Part shown: positions 25,459 to 36,905 of the stretch, one piece after another | Layout of the letters: the number at the start of each line of letters is the position of its first letter | Position numbering within the stretch: position 1 is the stretch's first letter | Assembly (NCBI GenBank): GCA_028534125.1 | Contig: CM052816.1 | Span: forward strand, 66,032,001 to 66,096,000 | Length of the DNA: 64,000 bases | Reading direction: 5' to 3' | Origin: Lama glama | Lineage: Eukaryota | Notes under the pieces: model-generated | Seen by the model: only the letters and a program-made list of their open reading frames with translations | Database searches by the model: none | What the model was told of the DNA's origin: nothing | Translations under genes and position numbers: made by a program

Positions 25459-27929
25459 CCTGAAAAACCAGTATTAGTCAAAGGAAGAAACAGGATTTCT
25501 AGGTTTTCAGTGTCCTTGGTACTCCTTAACAGAGTATTTTATTAGCCTATAGTTTCTTGACAACTGTCGCCTGATCTTATATCCCAAGGAAACTTTAGGT
25601 TTAAGATGTTTACTCTGCAGAGATAGGTTTGTGATGTTTTATTTTCCTTACAGATATAACAAGCAGGACACATTTATCCTTTGTGGCCAGGGAATAAACA
25701 GCCCTATGTGTAGAAAGCACTGAAGCCCCCTAAATATGAAAATTGGATGTGGGTGAACTTGAAGTCAGTGTGTAAGGCAAGCATAGAACCTTCTGACTTT
25801 CTTATCTTTACTAAAACTTAATTATTTGTTTACTGTTAAGGAAAGTAGGGCGCCCTTTGGACATTTCTACAACTGAAATGCTCCTTACTCTTGGAAATCA
25901 GGCTATTTGTCGGAAGGATAGAGAAAAGCTAGTGCCCAAAAAGAAGACTAAGCTTGCAAAAGGGCTCATCACTAACAGATGTATTAATTCATGGAGGACT
26001 GATTCTCCGATTAAATATATATTTTTTTAAAGTTATTTGGTCACGAGTAAAAGCAGATTGTTTATTGACTTTTTAGAGAAGCAACCAACTCTAGTTAAAA
26101 AGAGACCCAGTCTGAATTAACAAAGCACCACGTTGTGCGGGATATTTACAACTCGCTGCCTGTTCTGGGTATTTCATTCACATTTCGTTCATTGTGATAA
26201 AATACTGAGGCCTGGGTAGCCTCTAGGACGTGACAGCAGGCGCCATGTTAGCAGGGTCAGCAGCAGGGCTGTGTGATCTATTTGAAGGGGCTGCGTGGTC
26301 CGCTCAGCACAAGGTGGACCCATGAAAGCTTGGCCAGGACTTGCTTATGGTAGCCCAGGGAAATCACCTGAAAGAGTACCAAGGATGCACATGTCACTTC
26401 GGCCCATCAGCTTACCAGTTGATGAAAAAAATAAAAATATTTCTAATGTACTGTAGCAAAATTTGATATTTTGAAGGGGACCTGAAACATAGCATACTTT
26501 GGGATCTTAAAGCTGGATTTTTGATATTCTTTCTGGACTCTGTCTCTTTGTCTGTCAGTCAGTCAGTCTGTCTTTCTCCCTCCCTCCTCTTGTGACCTGG
26601 CAGGTGACAAGAGAAAACATGTATTTTTTCTCATGTTTCTTTATTAATAACAACAACAACAACCACCAAATACTTGAATTCTGGCCACCATCCAGGTCAG
26701 ATTTTTAATTGAAAAGGCCTCTTGCTTGGAGTTACCTTGGAATTAGGTTCTTATTCCCTCACCATCTTTTTTTTTTTAATTTATGAGTAATGGTCATTAA
26801 TTTAAAATAAGGATTTCAGTTTCATCATAAAGAACTAATACTATCTGATTCTCACTCATTTTTAACTTCCTTCTTTTCCATTCCTCATACCACTATCAGT
26901 GCCAAATAAACTGATTATCTCCATTTTTATCATCTCTTTTATATTTTTAAGGCAGTAACTGAAATTGGCTTGCTCAGAGGCAGATACTCTGGGTGACAGA
27001 AACACTTGAGGCAAAAATGTTTCAAATCAATTTGTGGATTGTTTTGATAACATTTTTTCAGTTTTATAACCTACCATTCATAATAGATCACTTCTTAACC
27101 TGGCCTGGCCCCAACCCAGCTCTGAAAATTAATAACATATTTACAAGTTGACACTTAGATACGTATCTTCAAGTTCAGTAATCTGAAGGAAAATTTCTAG
27201 AGGCATTATAATAAGGACATTTAATTAAAAACCCATGTTGACTTGGGAATATTATGTGTAGCACTGATCCATAGTGCACCTAATACATTCATTATGCTGA
27301 AAATTTCAAGTGATTTGTTGATACATTGGCCAATAAGAGTGCAATCTGTCTCAACAGGAGTATTGAAAGAGGCAGGGCAGTGAAACTTTCATCTCCACTG
27401 GGAGTGAGCTAACTTGCCAAATCTGGGCCATCAATCATAGTAAATATGTTCAAAACAAATCTTACATCTTCCACAGTTCATTGTCTTCATCAGCACTTTT
27501 GAAGTCAACAGTCCAAAGTAGTTACTTTTGGCCAAGTTTTCAGTAGCCTGTGGTTTAGGCAATATGCTGCAGCTGTCATTTTCAGGGCGATGTTCTCAGG
27601 TGGTTGTACTCCATGGGCCAGTTTCAAGGAACTCTGAAAGGACAAAAGGGCAGCCTTGTTTCTGAGGAGGGTCATTACATTATACCTTGGAAAATGTTGT
27701 CTTAAAAATCAAGTCATTGTCTAAAAAGTCTTTGGAATCCCTTACAGCTTGAATGCATGAATAGATTAGAAGATTGAATTTCCTACTTATGTCTTGTTCG
27801 AACACTCATTGTGTAGGCAAAAAAGTACAGTGTGGGGTGTGTGTACATTGTGGGGGGAGGGCTAGAAAGAGCATTCAAATATGAAATAATTTATTTATTG
27901 TCGTTGTTCTGGTTGCCTTTTTTAAAATG

Positions 27930-28200
27930 GTTTATTTGAAAATCACATCAAACTTAACAGAAAACTTCATGAAGAGTACAAAGAACTTATGCATATCCCT
28001 CACCCAGATTAACCCATTTTCAACATTCTGCTGCATGTACTGTACCACTCTTTCTCTCTGTGTACAGACACACATTATCTTTCTTCTCTGAACCACCTGG
28101 GAGGAAGTTGCACATATCACAGCCCTCCATCTTCCAAACCCCCAATGTATACCTCCCAAGAACAAGGATACTTTTCTGTACAACTAAAATATAATCTCAG
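27930..28200 (-). mobile_element. L1MC4/5-like 3' end fragment
   Basis: ttatttgaaaatcacatcaaacttaacagaaaac...agtacaaagaac...cacccagatt...aagaacaaggata. Confidence 0.65.
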
Positions 28201-30038
28201 ACATCTGATTGCCTTTGAATATTCCAGCATGATCTGTTTTTATACCTTTTTACTTCAAATTTTAACCTAGATACTGAAACTGGTAGGAGGAATAATAACT
28301 CAACTATCTGAAAAAAGTCTTATCACTCGCATTTCAAATTTTGCCAACAAACATGGTATGCTACGATATGAGAAGTGACTAAATGATGGTTTTAGGGAAG
28401 AGATGGGTTAATACGAAGAGAGATTTCCCTTAATAAATAAGTCTTATCTGTTTGGGGATGCACCTTACCAGTGGCACTACAGTTAGCTAGCACTCATTGG
28501 GACAGACAGAACATCTTGTCTTTCTGTATTTTTGATTCTGTTTTTCCTCTTGTGATCAGATAACCCCAGGTTTTAAAGACTGAAGTAGTTTCTACTTAGT
28601 CAGTGCCATTGCCTTGCTCCCTGGCAGTAAGCAGTAAAGAAGCAGAGGGGGTACTGGGGATGCTGAATGGGTTCTGGGGAGATCAGGGGTCCTGTGGGTC
28701 ATTATCCTGACACTACACTGCAGCCACCCCTTCACCAAGATAGATAGTGTAGATCTCTCCCAAAATGGTTCTTGTAGCTATTTTTATTTCCAATCTTAAT
28801 TTTTTAAATGAAGGTTTATACTGCTGTGAACAGCTTGAACTGAGATTTCTGTTTAATAATCTGTGCAGCTAATTCTGATAACTAACACATACCTGACAGT
28901 TGCAGTCTTTTCCCAAAGGGTCTTGAGCATGCATATCCCTCTCCATCCCAGGATATCCAACAGTATATCTCTGTGTTGGGGGATCTAATTGAGAACAACA
29001 GTGCTTTAGGGATTTAGAATGGGCAGCAAGATTTTCTGTAGGAGGATGGTGTGATGCTGTAGCAATTTAGGAAAAACAGGTCCCTTGGTAACTATGGTGG
29101 ACAATATTGAGGCACAGTCCTGCAAAGTCATCCAGGAGTCTGTGTGTCCATCCAGTGACAATGTACACACAGAGGTGGGCCTCAAGTGTGTGCAAATAAC
29201 ACACTTACTACCCTGAGCAGACGCTTCATTCATTCATTCAACAGATTTGCTTTGAAGGAAGATGTTCCAGGAGCTGGAGATTTGGTAGTAAATAAGACAG
29301 CCATGGTCTTTAACCTCATGGAGCTTACGCATAAACTGGGCTTTGAAATATTGTACATTAGGAAGCATTTGTGCTCGGACTGTATGACCAGAGTATGTCA
29401 TTCTATAAACCTTTCAGACATGACTTGGACCCAGAAGAATTTAGTTTTAAAGCTGTTGGATTTGCAGGAGGAGAGAACATTGGCTTTAAATGACAGATCA
29501 TGGAAAGAAATAATTTTGAAAAGACCCTTCAGCTTTTAATGATTTAACAAGAGCAGTGTGCTCAGAAACTATTTAGTCAGAAAAAAATATGTAAACACCC
29601 GTGTGTTCAAGTATATAAATGAGTGGGGTGAGGAGCCGTGGAGAGAGGAGAACCTTCCCAAAATGAGGACACTTTCTTTTTCATGACAGGGAAACCATTT
29701 TTTGGTTCATCATTTCCAGGCTTCTATCAGTTTCCAGGCTGGGATGACTTCCAAATCAGGCTGCAAAGACAAATATCTGAGCCCTAGGGAAGCTCCAGGG
29801 TGGTTCTTGTAGGCTTGTGCTTAGCATGTTTTCTAGAAATCATTTTCAGATAGTTCCAGAGCAAGCTCTTCATTCACAATCTATTCCTGCACAATACCTC
29901 TGAATTACAGTCAACTGGAGACCAGTCAGCCGATATCTAAATTTCACCCTGGCCTCTGTGAACACACCTCTTGTTGACAAGATCCAGGACAAGCCATGGT
30001 CCTGGATCAAGGTGAACAGGAGTTTTATAAGTGGTGTT

Positions 30039-30310
30039 TGTATTAGTTGGGATTGTATTTGGCTGTGAATCCAGAAATTTAAAATAGAAGTGGTTTAAGC
30101 AAGGTGGATGTTTATTTCTGCATCATGTTAAAGTCAGAGAGTAGGTGGTCTAGGCTCACGTGTCAGCACTACTCTTCCAGGAAGTCTCCACCCCACCAAG
30201 TTTTCTCTATTTTGAGCAGCCATCTGCTTAGGGAAAAATTGGGATTCTAATACAGAACTGATGAAGAAAAGCACCAATATTAGGGAGCAGCCAGCAATCT
30301 CTGCCACAGT
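30039..30310. mobile_element. MaLR LTR (MLT1-like) fragment
   Basis: Begins tgtattagtt...ggctg...gtggtttaagcaag...tttatttc and ends ggagcagccagcaatctctgccaca. Confidence 0.55.
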
Positions 30311-32644
30311 GTCGCCTGTTAATAATGTTGCATGTGATTTAAATATTTAATGTCAGTGTGCAGCACCGTATTTGCAGTGTTGTTTGTAGTATGATCTTGC
30401 ACAGTGTGCGCTTAGTAGCTGCAGTTTTCAGGAAGGCTGTGTTAGGCTCTGCTAGAATATTTTACCTGCCCTGGGTAAGGGCTTAAAGATTAAATGTGCT
30501 AGACAAATGACTGACTAATTGTAATGGTGTGTGGCAATAGTTCCCTACCTCAAAGTTTGTGTGTTTGTCTAGAGCTGGGGAAAGGAGGAACTGGTAGCAC
30601 GGAACAAAAGTAGCTGGGGTTCTTAAAACTATTTGAGGCTCTTCATGTTCTAACCAATTCATCCATTCATCCAAATTGGAATCCCAGTTACATTTTGGAC
30701 TTACGGTAGCATCCCAAAGCCCCACACAAGGATTCCTCTGCTTGTTCTAACAAGATTTTGTCTCGGCAGGCATGCCAAAATTTGATAGCTACAAATAGGG
30801 AAATCTGAAAGAAGAGGGGCGGAGGGGGTAATTTCTCTTAATTCTACTGCAGTGTCTTGGGGAGATAATGGTTACCATTTTGCTGACATGAGGCAGGTAT
30901 GTCACTGTGAACAGGGAGAACGAACAATCACAGAGCTGATTTAATTTCCAGTGGGGTTTATGCAGCTGCCGAAACATGTTGTAGCCAAATGTTCCTAAAA
31001 GTATGAAGTAATCTAATTTGTTCCATCATTACAAGAAATTAAAGCCAAGCACAATTACATCCCAGTGGTAAAAGAATCCCTTCAAGTGCCATTGGTATTG
31101 ACCGAATGAAGTGAGCTTTCTGATTACCTTGACCAGCCACATTTTAATTTTTGTCTGTCCATTTCTTCCCAATCACATTAGAGGGCCTTAACCAATTTGG
31201 ACAAAATAAGCTACATTATTAAGGTGCCGTTTAATCTGGGAATCAGCTTAATTACTAGATTAGGGTTTTCAAGTGGGCATGCCTTCTAGATTTCAGTGAA
31301 TTTGGGGATGTAATTATTAGGAAGTCTTTGTTTTGTAGTGTTTATAAGAGATCCAAGATGAAAGAAAGACTTAAATTTAGAGAACTGATTTTTTTAGTTG
31401 TTCCACCAAGAGTCTTTTTTGAGAGAGGTGTCTATTCTTGGGCCCAAAGCTCCTGAATGCTTTGGTGATTTGAGAGAGTTACTTCCAGGGGCGGTGGAAT
31501 TGGGCAGCTAAATGATGTGTGATGGACTTCCCCATAGTGTCCATACAATTTAGCATTCACACCAGGACACTTGAGAGTAAAAGGCAATACTATTCATACT
31601 TACACCAGGATAAAGGCATAAATCTGGTAAATTCCAGGCCATTTAGAATATATTAACCCTCTACCCTTAAGGAACAAGGAGCAATAGATATCTAAACAAA
31701 TAAATGAAATAGGGTGCTTAGGCACCCAGGCAATAAACCACTCTGTAGGACACTAGGAGGAGAAAAATGAAGATATGATTCACTCTACCAGGGATTTCTC
31801 TCCACAGCACGGAAGTTACTCTAATCACATGATGTCTCAGAGCAGGAGGCTCACAGGCCCCTGAACCATGTTAATATTCCCCTACCAGTCTAGTTATTGA
31901 TTCTCAGATGCATTAGAAGTTCTGGAAACATTACAGAAAGATAGCCTTAATACAGGGACTGTTTCATGCTTTTTCAGTTCAATTAAGTTCAACAAACATA
32001 TATTGGATATCTGGTATAGGACCACCAGTGTTTAGCATTAGAGATCGAAAAATGTATTTGATATGGTCCCAGCCCTGGAGAAATTCAGTCTAGTAGCAAA
32101 CAAATCATTGCAATAGAATATTTAGTGATTTAATTACTTGAAGAATTGACTTACGGTTTGGCTCTCAGACATCAAATATGATATCTGTCAGTCTCTGTCT
32201 TTGGAGGGAACTCCTGCTGGGTGGTAACCTGGATTTTCCCAGACCCCTACTCATGCTAGACACTCTGGCAAAATAAACAGGGTGAGCAAGCTGTTTCAGT
32301 GAAGTTCTTTTAGCACAGAGGTCTTTGTTTTCCAGACTGCTAATTTATTTATTTTTTCTACCCGGAAAGCACTTGCCTACCATCTGAGCTGTTCTGACCA
32401 AATCAGCAGAGACAAGCTACAGAGATTTAGGATGTCTGAGTTTAAAAGGTTTGCGTGTTTAATTAGATAAACAATTTGAGAGCACTTGCCAGGATGACTG
32501 GTCCTAATCATACTGATAAAGGCTGGAAAGACCCTCTCAGTCAGCTGGTGGATAACAGAATCTGGGAGAAGAATGAAACATTGGAATGAGCTGGAAATAA
32601 TTCAGAAAATCCTAACACACTCTATGTGTCTGCATATAAAATTC

Positions 32645-32840
32645 ATCATCATCATACTTTTCTGAGCACTTATTATTTTTCAGGCACTGCTTTTATAGGA
32701 ATAATCCAGTTAATCTTCACAATCACCCTGTGATGTAGGTACTGTTCTTCCCTTTTTACAAGTTGGAGAACAAGCTTAGACAAGCAAATTAGCTTATATG
32801 AGGGTCTCAAGCTAGTCAGTGGCAGAGCTCAGGTTTGGAA
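32645..32840 (-). mobile_element. MIR SINE
   Basis: ctgagcactt...caggcactg...taatcttcacaatcaccctgtgatgtagg...gctagtcagtggcagagc. Confidence 0.75.
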
Positions 32841-34487
32841 AAAAGGGCTGCTTTACGCCAAAACCATTTTGTTGAATTTTCAGTCCTTGGAAGGTCCCTC
32901 TCTGGCGCAGAATAACCCAGCATGTTGTCTGTTTAGAGATGGAGAGGAGCAGGGACCCACCCAGCCTTTGTTTCTAAATAAAGAAATTGGGGGGTGGGGG
33001 TGGGGGTGGCTCTGAGCTGGAATAGGAGCTTTACTCCTGTAGAACAGGCACCTTCCTCCAGGATCCAACCCAACAGGTTACATTCAGGTGCCAGTCTCAT
33101 CCTGAAGGAGAATAACGTTACCAATGGTAAGCTGTCCTGATAAATTTATTTCCAAACTTTCATTCCCCACAAAGAGAGCAGAACCCTGTGGCCATGGGGA
33201 CCCAGCTCATGGGGAGGAGGACTAGGCGGGCAGAGGGAGCAGCAGGTGGGGAATTTAAGCTGTGAAATTTAAACAAGCTCTCAAAGGGCTGGGTTTCACC
33301 CACTTCTCTGCCAGTGATAGTTTTTCTCCTCTGCCTCCCACAATTGCCTCTTGCATTGTCTTTTTAAAATAAACATTATCTTCTGGATGTTCTCAGCTTC
33401 CTGTTAGTTGAATTTCTCATTTTTTGATCAGCACCTCTAGCCTGGGGACTCCCTGAAACCAGAGATCTTCTGAATTCAGCTCTGAACGTTGAGCACCTGT
33501 TAGAGTCCAAGGACCCCCTAGCAGGTGTTCAGCAGATTTTTGCTGAGTAGTGAATTGAACCAAAGTTTAAGTAGACAAAGATGAATCGATGTCAATAAAA
33601 TCAAGAAAACAATGTCTAGTTTCCCAACTTTGTCCATGAAAAGGACTCACTCCCTGGCAAAGCCAAAATAGAAAAAGCATGTGGATTCCCTCCAGCTTTA
33701 GAATCTGTCATCCTTAATCTCCTCCTGAATACCCCCCCTCTGAGTAATCCCAGGATCACTGCACCCTAGACCTTCCTTCTGCTCCTACAGAGAGCTTGTC
33801 ATCTGCTTCTATGCAGAGCTTCCTTTGAAAGAACTTTTGCATGAGGGAAGGAGCCTGTGAAAGGCAGAAATAGGATAGATGGAAGGAAAGAGATATGGTT
33901 TTGTGTAAGGAGAGAGATTGTTACTATTATGCAAGGGGTGCTTTGAGAACATAAGATTATGTAGGAGGAACTGAAAGAGGAAAAGACCCCTAGAAATTAA
34001 GGAAAGAGTGAGGTTTTCTGGAATTTCTTTGTTAAGAGTTTAAGAGCTAGAAAGGAAAGTGAGGGCCAAATGGAAAGATTTATTTTTTCCTATTCATTTG
34101 CCAATGAAAGGGTAAGGATGTGTGGCCATCTTTGGGAAACAGTGCTCCCTGTTTGGTTGGGTCATTAGTAATTGTTAGGTCATTGGAGCCAGATATTTTT
34201 GGTCAGGCCGAGTTCCTCACAGCACATCTCATAGGGGTCCAGTTGGTCCATGGACAGCTGAGATCATTTGGCCAAGACCATTCCTGAGTAACTGCTGGAA
34301 CCCAATAAGGAATCTCTGTCTTTTGACTCCAAGTCAAATAGTCTTTCAGTGACCCCACATTAGCATTCTGGATTCCAGAAACATTTAACTTAATTTCTCT
34401 ATCTTGAAATTATAATGTCCTTTTGGACTTGTTTTAAGACATTACTCTCAGGAAGATGTCAGTCCCTTGTACTACGCACCGTGGATA

Positions 34488-34780
34488 TTAGAGGCTGCGA
34501 TCTGGCCACTAAGGGTCATAGACTTTTTTGTCCAATCCTTAATGTGTTTAACTTTTTTAAATTAGTTACTCAAACTTAAAAAAATCAGATGTTATGTCTT
34601 AAACTCCAAATATGAGGATTCTTTTGAAAAATCTGAGGGTCTGGCCACAGTTGGCCATTAGTCCCACAGATGCCCTCTGAATTTGCCACCTATAGCCCCC
34701 ACTGTACCCGCTTTCCAACCACACCACTCATTCATATGATCTGTCTGGCTCCTACAGGCTTGTTAGAGAGTGATCACTGC
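34488..34780. mobile_element. MER102-like hAT-Charlie element
   Basis: aattagttact...aaaaaatcagat...cttttgaaaaatctgagggtctggccacag...ggcc. Confidence 0.5.
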
Positions 34781-35014
34781 TTTATGTGCTCAACTGCTAA
34801 GCCTCCAGTGCCTTAAGGAAACTCACACACGTATGGAGAAATGATTTACAAAACAGTTTCATATTAGACAGCTCGTAGCTTAGCAAGCCCTGTGTTCTAC
34901 TTACATATCTCCCTTGCAGTAGAAAAGTACAGGGAGAATTTTTATTATAAAGTGGGAGGAAGAGAGAAGAGGGAGGCAAAACTAACATTTATTAAGCTAG
35001 GTGATTCCTTACCC

Positions 35015-35583
35015 TAGTGTCTTCAAGCTTGTTGGTCGATTACGAAATCAATTTTGTGGGTCATGGTCAAAATTTTAAAATAAACAGAATAAAAGAGAAA
35101 ACATCATAGTGAATCATACTTGGTAAGGATAAATATTATTTCATGTAGGTTCTATTTCAGTTCTTTATATACTGAATCAAATATGCATCCTGTGTGAGTG
35201 TGTGCGTGTCTGGGTCTGTGTATACTGTTTCAATTATATATAGGTTTCCTTTATATTGTGCATATATAATTCTTTCATTTTAACTTAAACGCATAGTTTG
35301 TTGAACAAAGACTATAAACCAGTTTTTCCATGACTATTATATATAACACACAGGAGTTTCTTTTAATAGGATTTCACCCCTACCCCAACTTTTTAAACCA
35401 AACAGATATCAAAACATTCCTGTACATATTTTTTATAGTAGTAGTCAGCACCCAGACTTCTTCAAAAAAGGAGCACAATTAACAGTAGTAGTCATTACAC
35501 CTCCTACTTGGAACAAATATAGTGGCCGTAGTATAAAATACATTTCTTACTGTGGTTCACTGTCAAAATGTTTGAAAGCCACT
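35015..35583. mobile_element. hAT-Charlie-type non-autonomous DNA transposon, possibly with an internal insertion
   Basis: Ends tagtgtcttcaagc... and ...gtttgaaagccact. Internal gaaatcaattttgtgggtc and catttcttactgtgg. Confidence 0.55.
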
Positions 35584-35646
35584 TCCTTATCTCATTTAAT
35601 CTTCTCCCCAGACTCTTATGGGTAGAATCTGAGCCTTCAGAAGCAA

Positions 35647-36730
35647 ATGACAGCCTCCACGGAAGTTGAGTTTCCCCATAATTTTTGCTTGTTGGAAGGT
35701 CTCAGAGAACGCCAAAAAGGAATGAACGGTTCTCTAGGGCCTTGAAGCTGCTGCATAAAAGACACTTTCAAGGTGGGCAGCCGTGATTATTAGGTCACTG
35801 GGACAAATTCTGAAAACAAAATATACAGAGTGAAATTAGAATGTGGCCCTAAATATCCAGAAACTTCTCCATTGGTTAGATTTGCAACAAAATATTATAT
35901 GAATGAAATAAATAATTGCAGTGAAATGGTAGATGCACTGAGCATAGTGGTGTTAGCAAAATGGCAAAAGTCATAAAACTTGAAAATTGTGCTTCAAAGA
36001 GTTAAGATATGTAATACTGCTTAAATAAACAAATATATATAAAGTCACCAGAAGGACACATTACAGCAATTAATTAGAATGGGTCTCTGAACTTGTCTTT
36101 AATCAAAACCCTTAATGATCTCAATGCAAAATGTCCACACAGTAAATAAATAATTCCAACTTATAAATATGCCCTGGCAACCATTATGTTTTCAGACAAT
36201 GGAAAGAAAATTGCTATGCAACTTCTTTTTTTCTCTGATCAAGAAGCTGTAATTTATGCATAAACTTGGAATACCCCAAACAAAATTTGATTTTATAAGA
36301 TCAGAGCATGGCAAGAAGTGTCCATATTGTTTTGAAATAATATATATTTGCAGAAACTAATCTTAAGGGTGACATAAAACATGAGTGGCATGATCTATGC
36401 ATCTTGCTTAATAAAACGACCACCACAGTGGGTACAATGAATACTGTTGCTTATTGTGTTAATTTTCAGAGAGATGCAGGTGCTAAATACCACAAGTATC
36501 AAAAATATGTACAGAATTGTTTTGGTAACTGTGTTTTAAGAAGAGATGGGGAGGAGATGGATCATGGTTAGAATCAGCTGTTATGTGTTACGTGTAACAA
36601 ACTTGATAAATATTTACAAAATTTTTAAACAAATCACACATTTAAGTTGAAATGAAACCAGCAAAAATGAAACAGGCATATATGGATATGTGATTTTTAA
36701 ATTGAAGTTAGTCTTAAAATTCAAATCAAA
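35647..36730 (+). pseudogene. UBE2V2: Processed pseudogene of UBE2V2 (MMS2, ubiquitin-conjugating enzyme E2 variant 2): CDS remnant 35647-36073 plus 3' UTR-like sequence (3' end approximate)
   Basis: Intronless. MTASTEVEFPHNFCLLEGLRERQKGM aligns with [83 protein letters not shown] aligns with [58 protein letters not shown]. Ends ...PEG...YSN TAA (36071-36073). Several stops and frameshifts. Confidence 0.92.
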
Positions 36731-36749
36731 TATGGAAAATGCCCTGGGG

Positions 36750-36905
36750 GTGCAACCTTCTGTGGGATGTATTTTTAGCCCTATTTACAAAAGAAAAGGC
36801 TGATATATAGAAAAGTTCAATAATCCACCCAGCTTTGCCACATGGTTGGTGAGTTCAAAGCCAACATTTGAATGTAGGTCTCTGTCCCCAATGTCACCAT
36901 GCTCT
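36750..36905 (-). mobile_element. MIR fragment, continuation of the MIR piece at about 35585-35610
   Basis: ccctatttacaaaagaaaaggctga...catttgaatgtaggtct. Confidence 0.55.

Noticed and set aside
29981..30008. Perfect 10-bp inverted repeat GATCCAGGAC-N8-GTCCTGGATC
   Set aside because: About one such stem is expected by chance in 64 kb, and it is too short for a pre-miRNA.
32989..33009. G-rich tract G6-T-G5-T-G5-T-GG as a G-quadruplex
   Set aside because: Only three long G runs and no supporting context.
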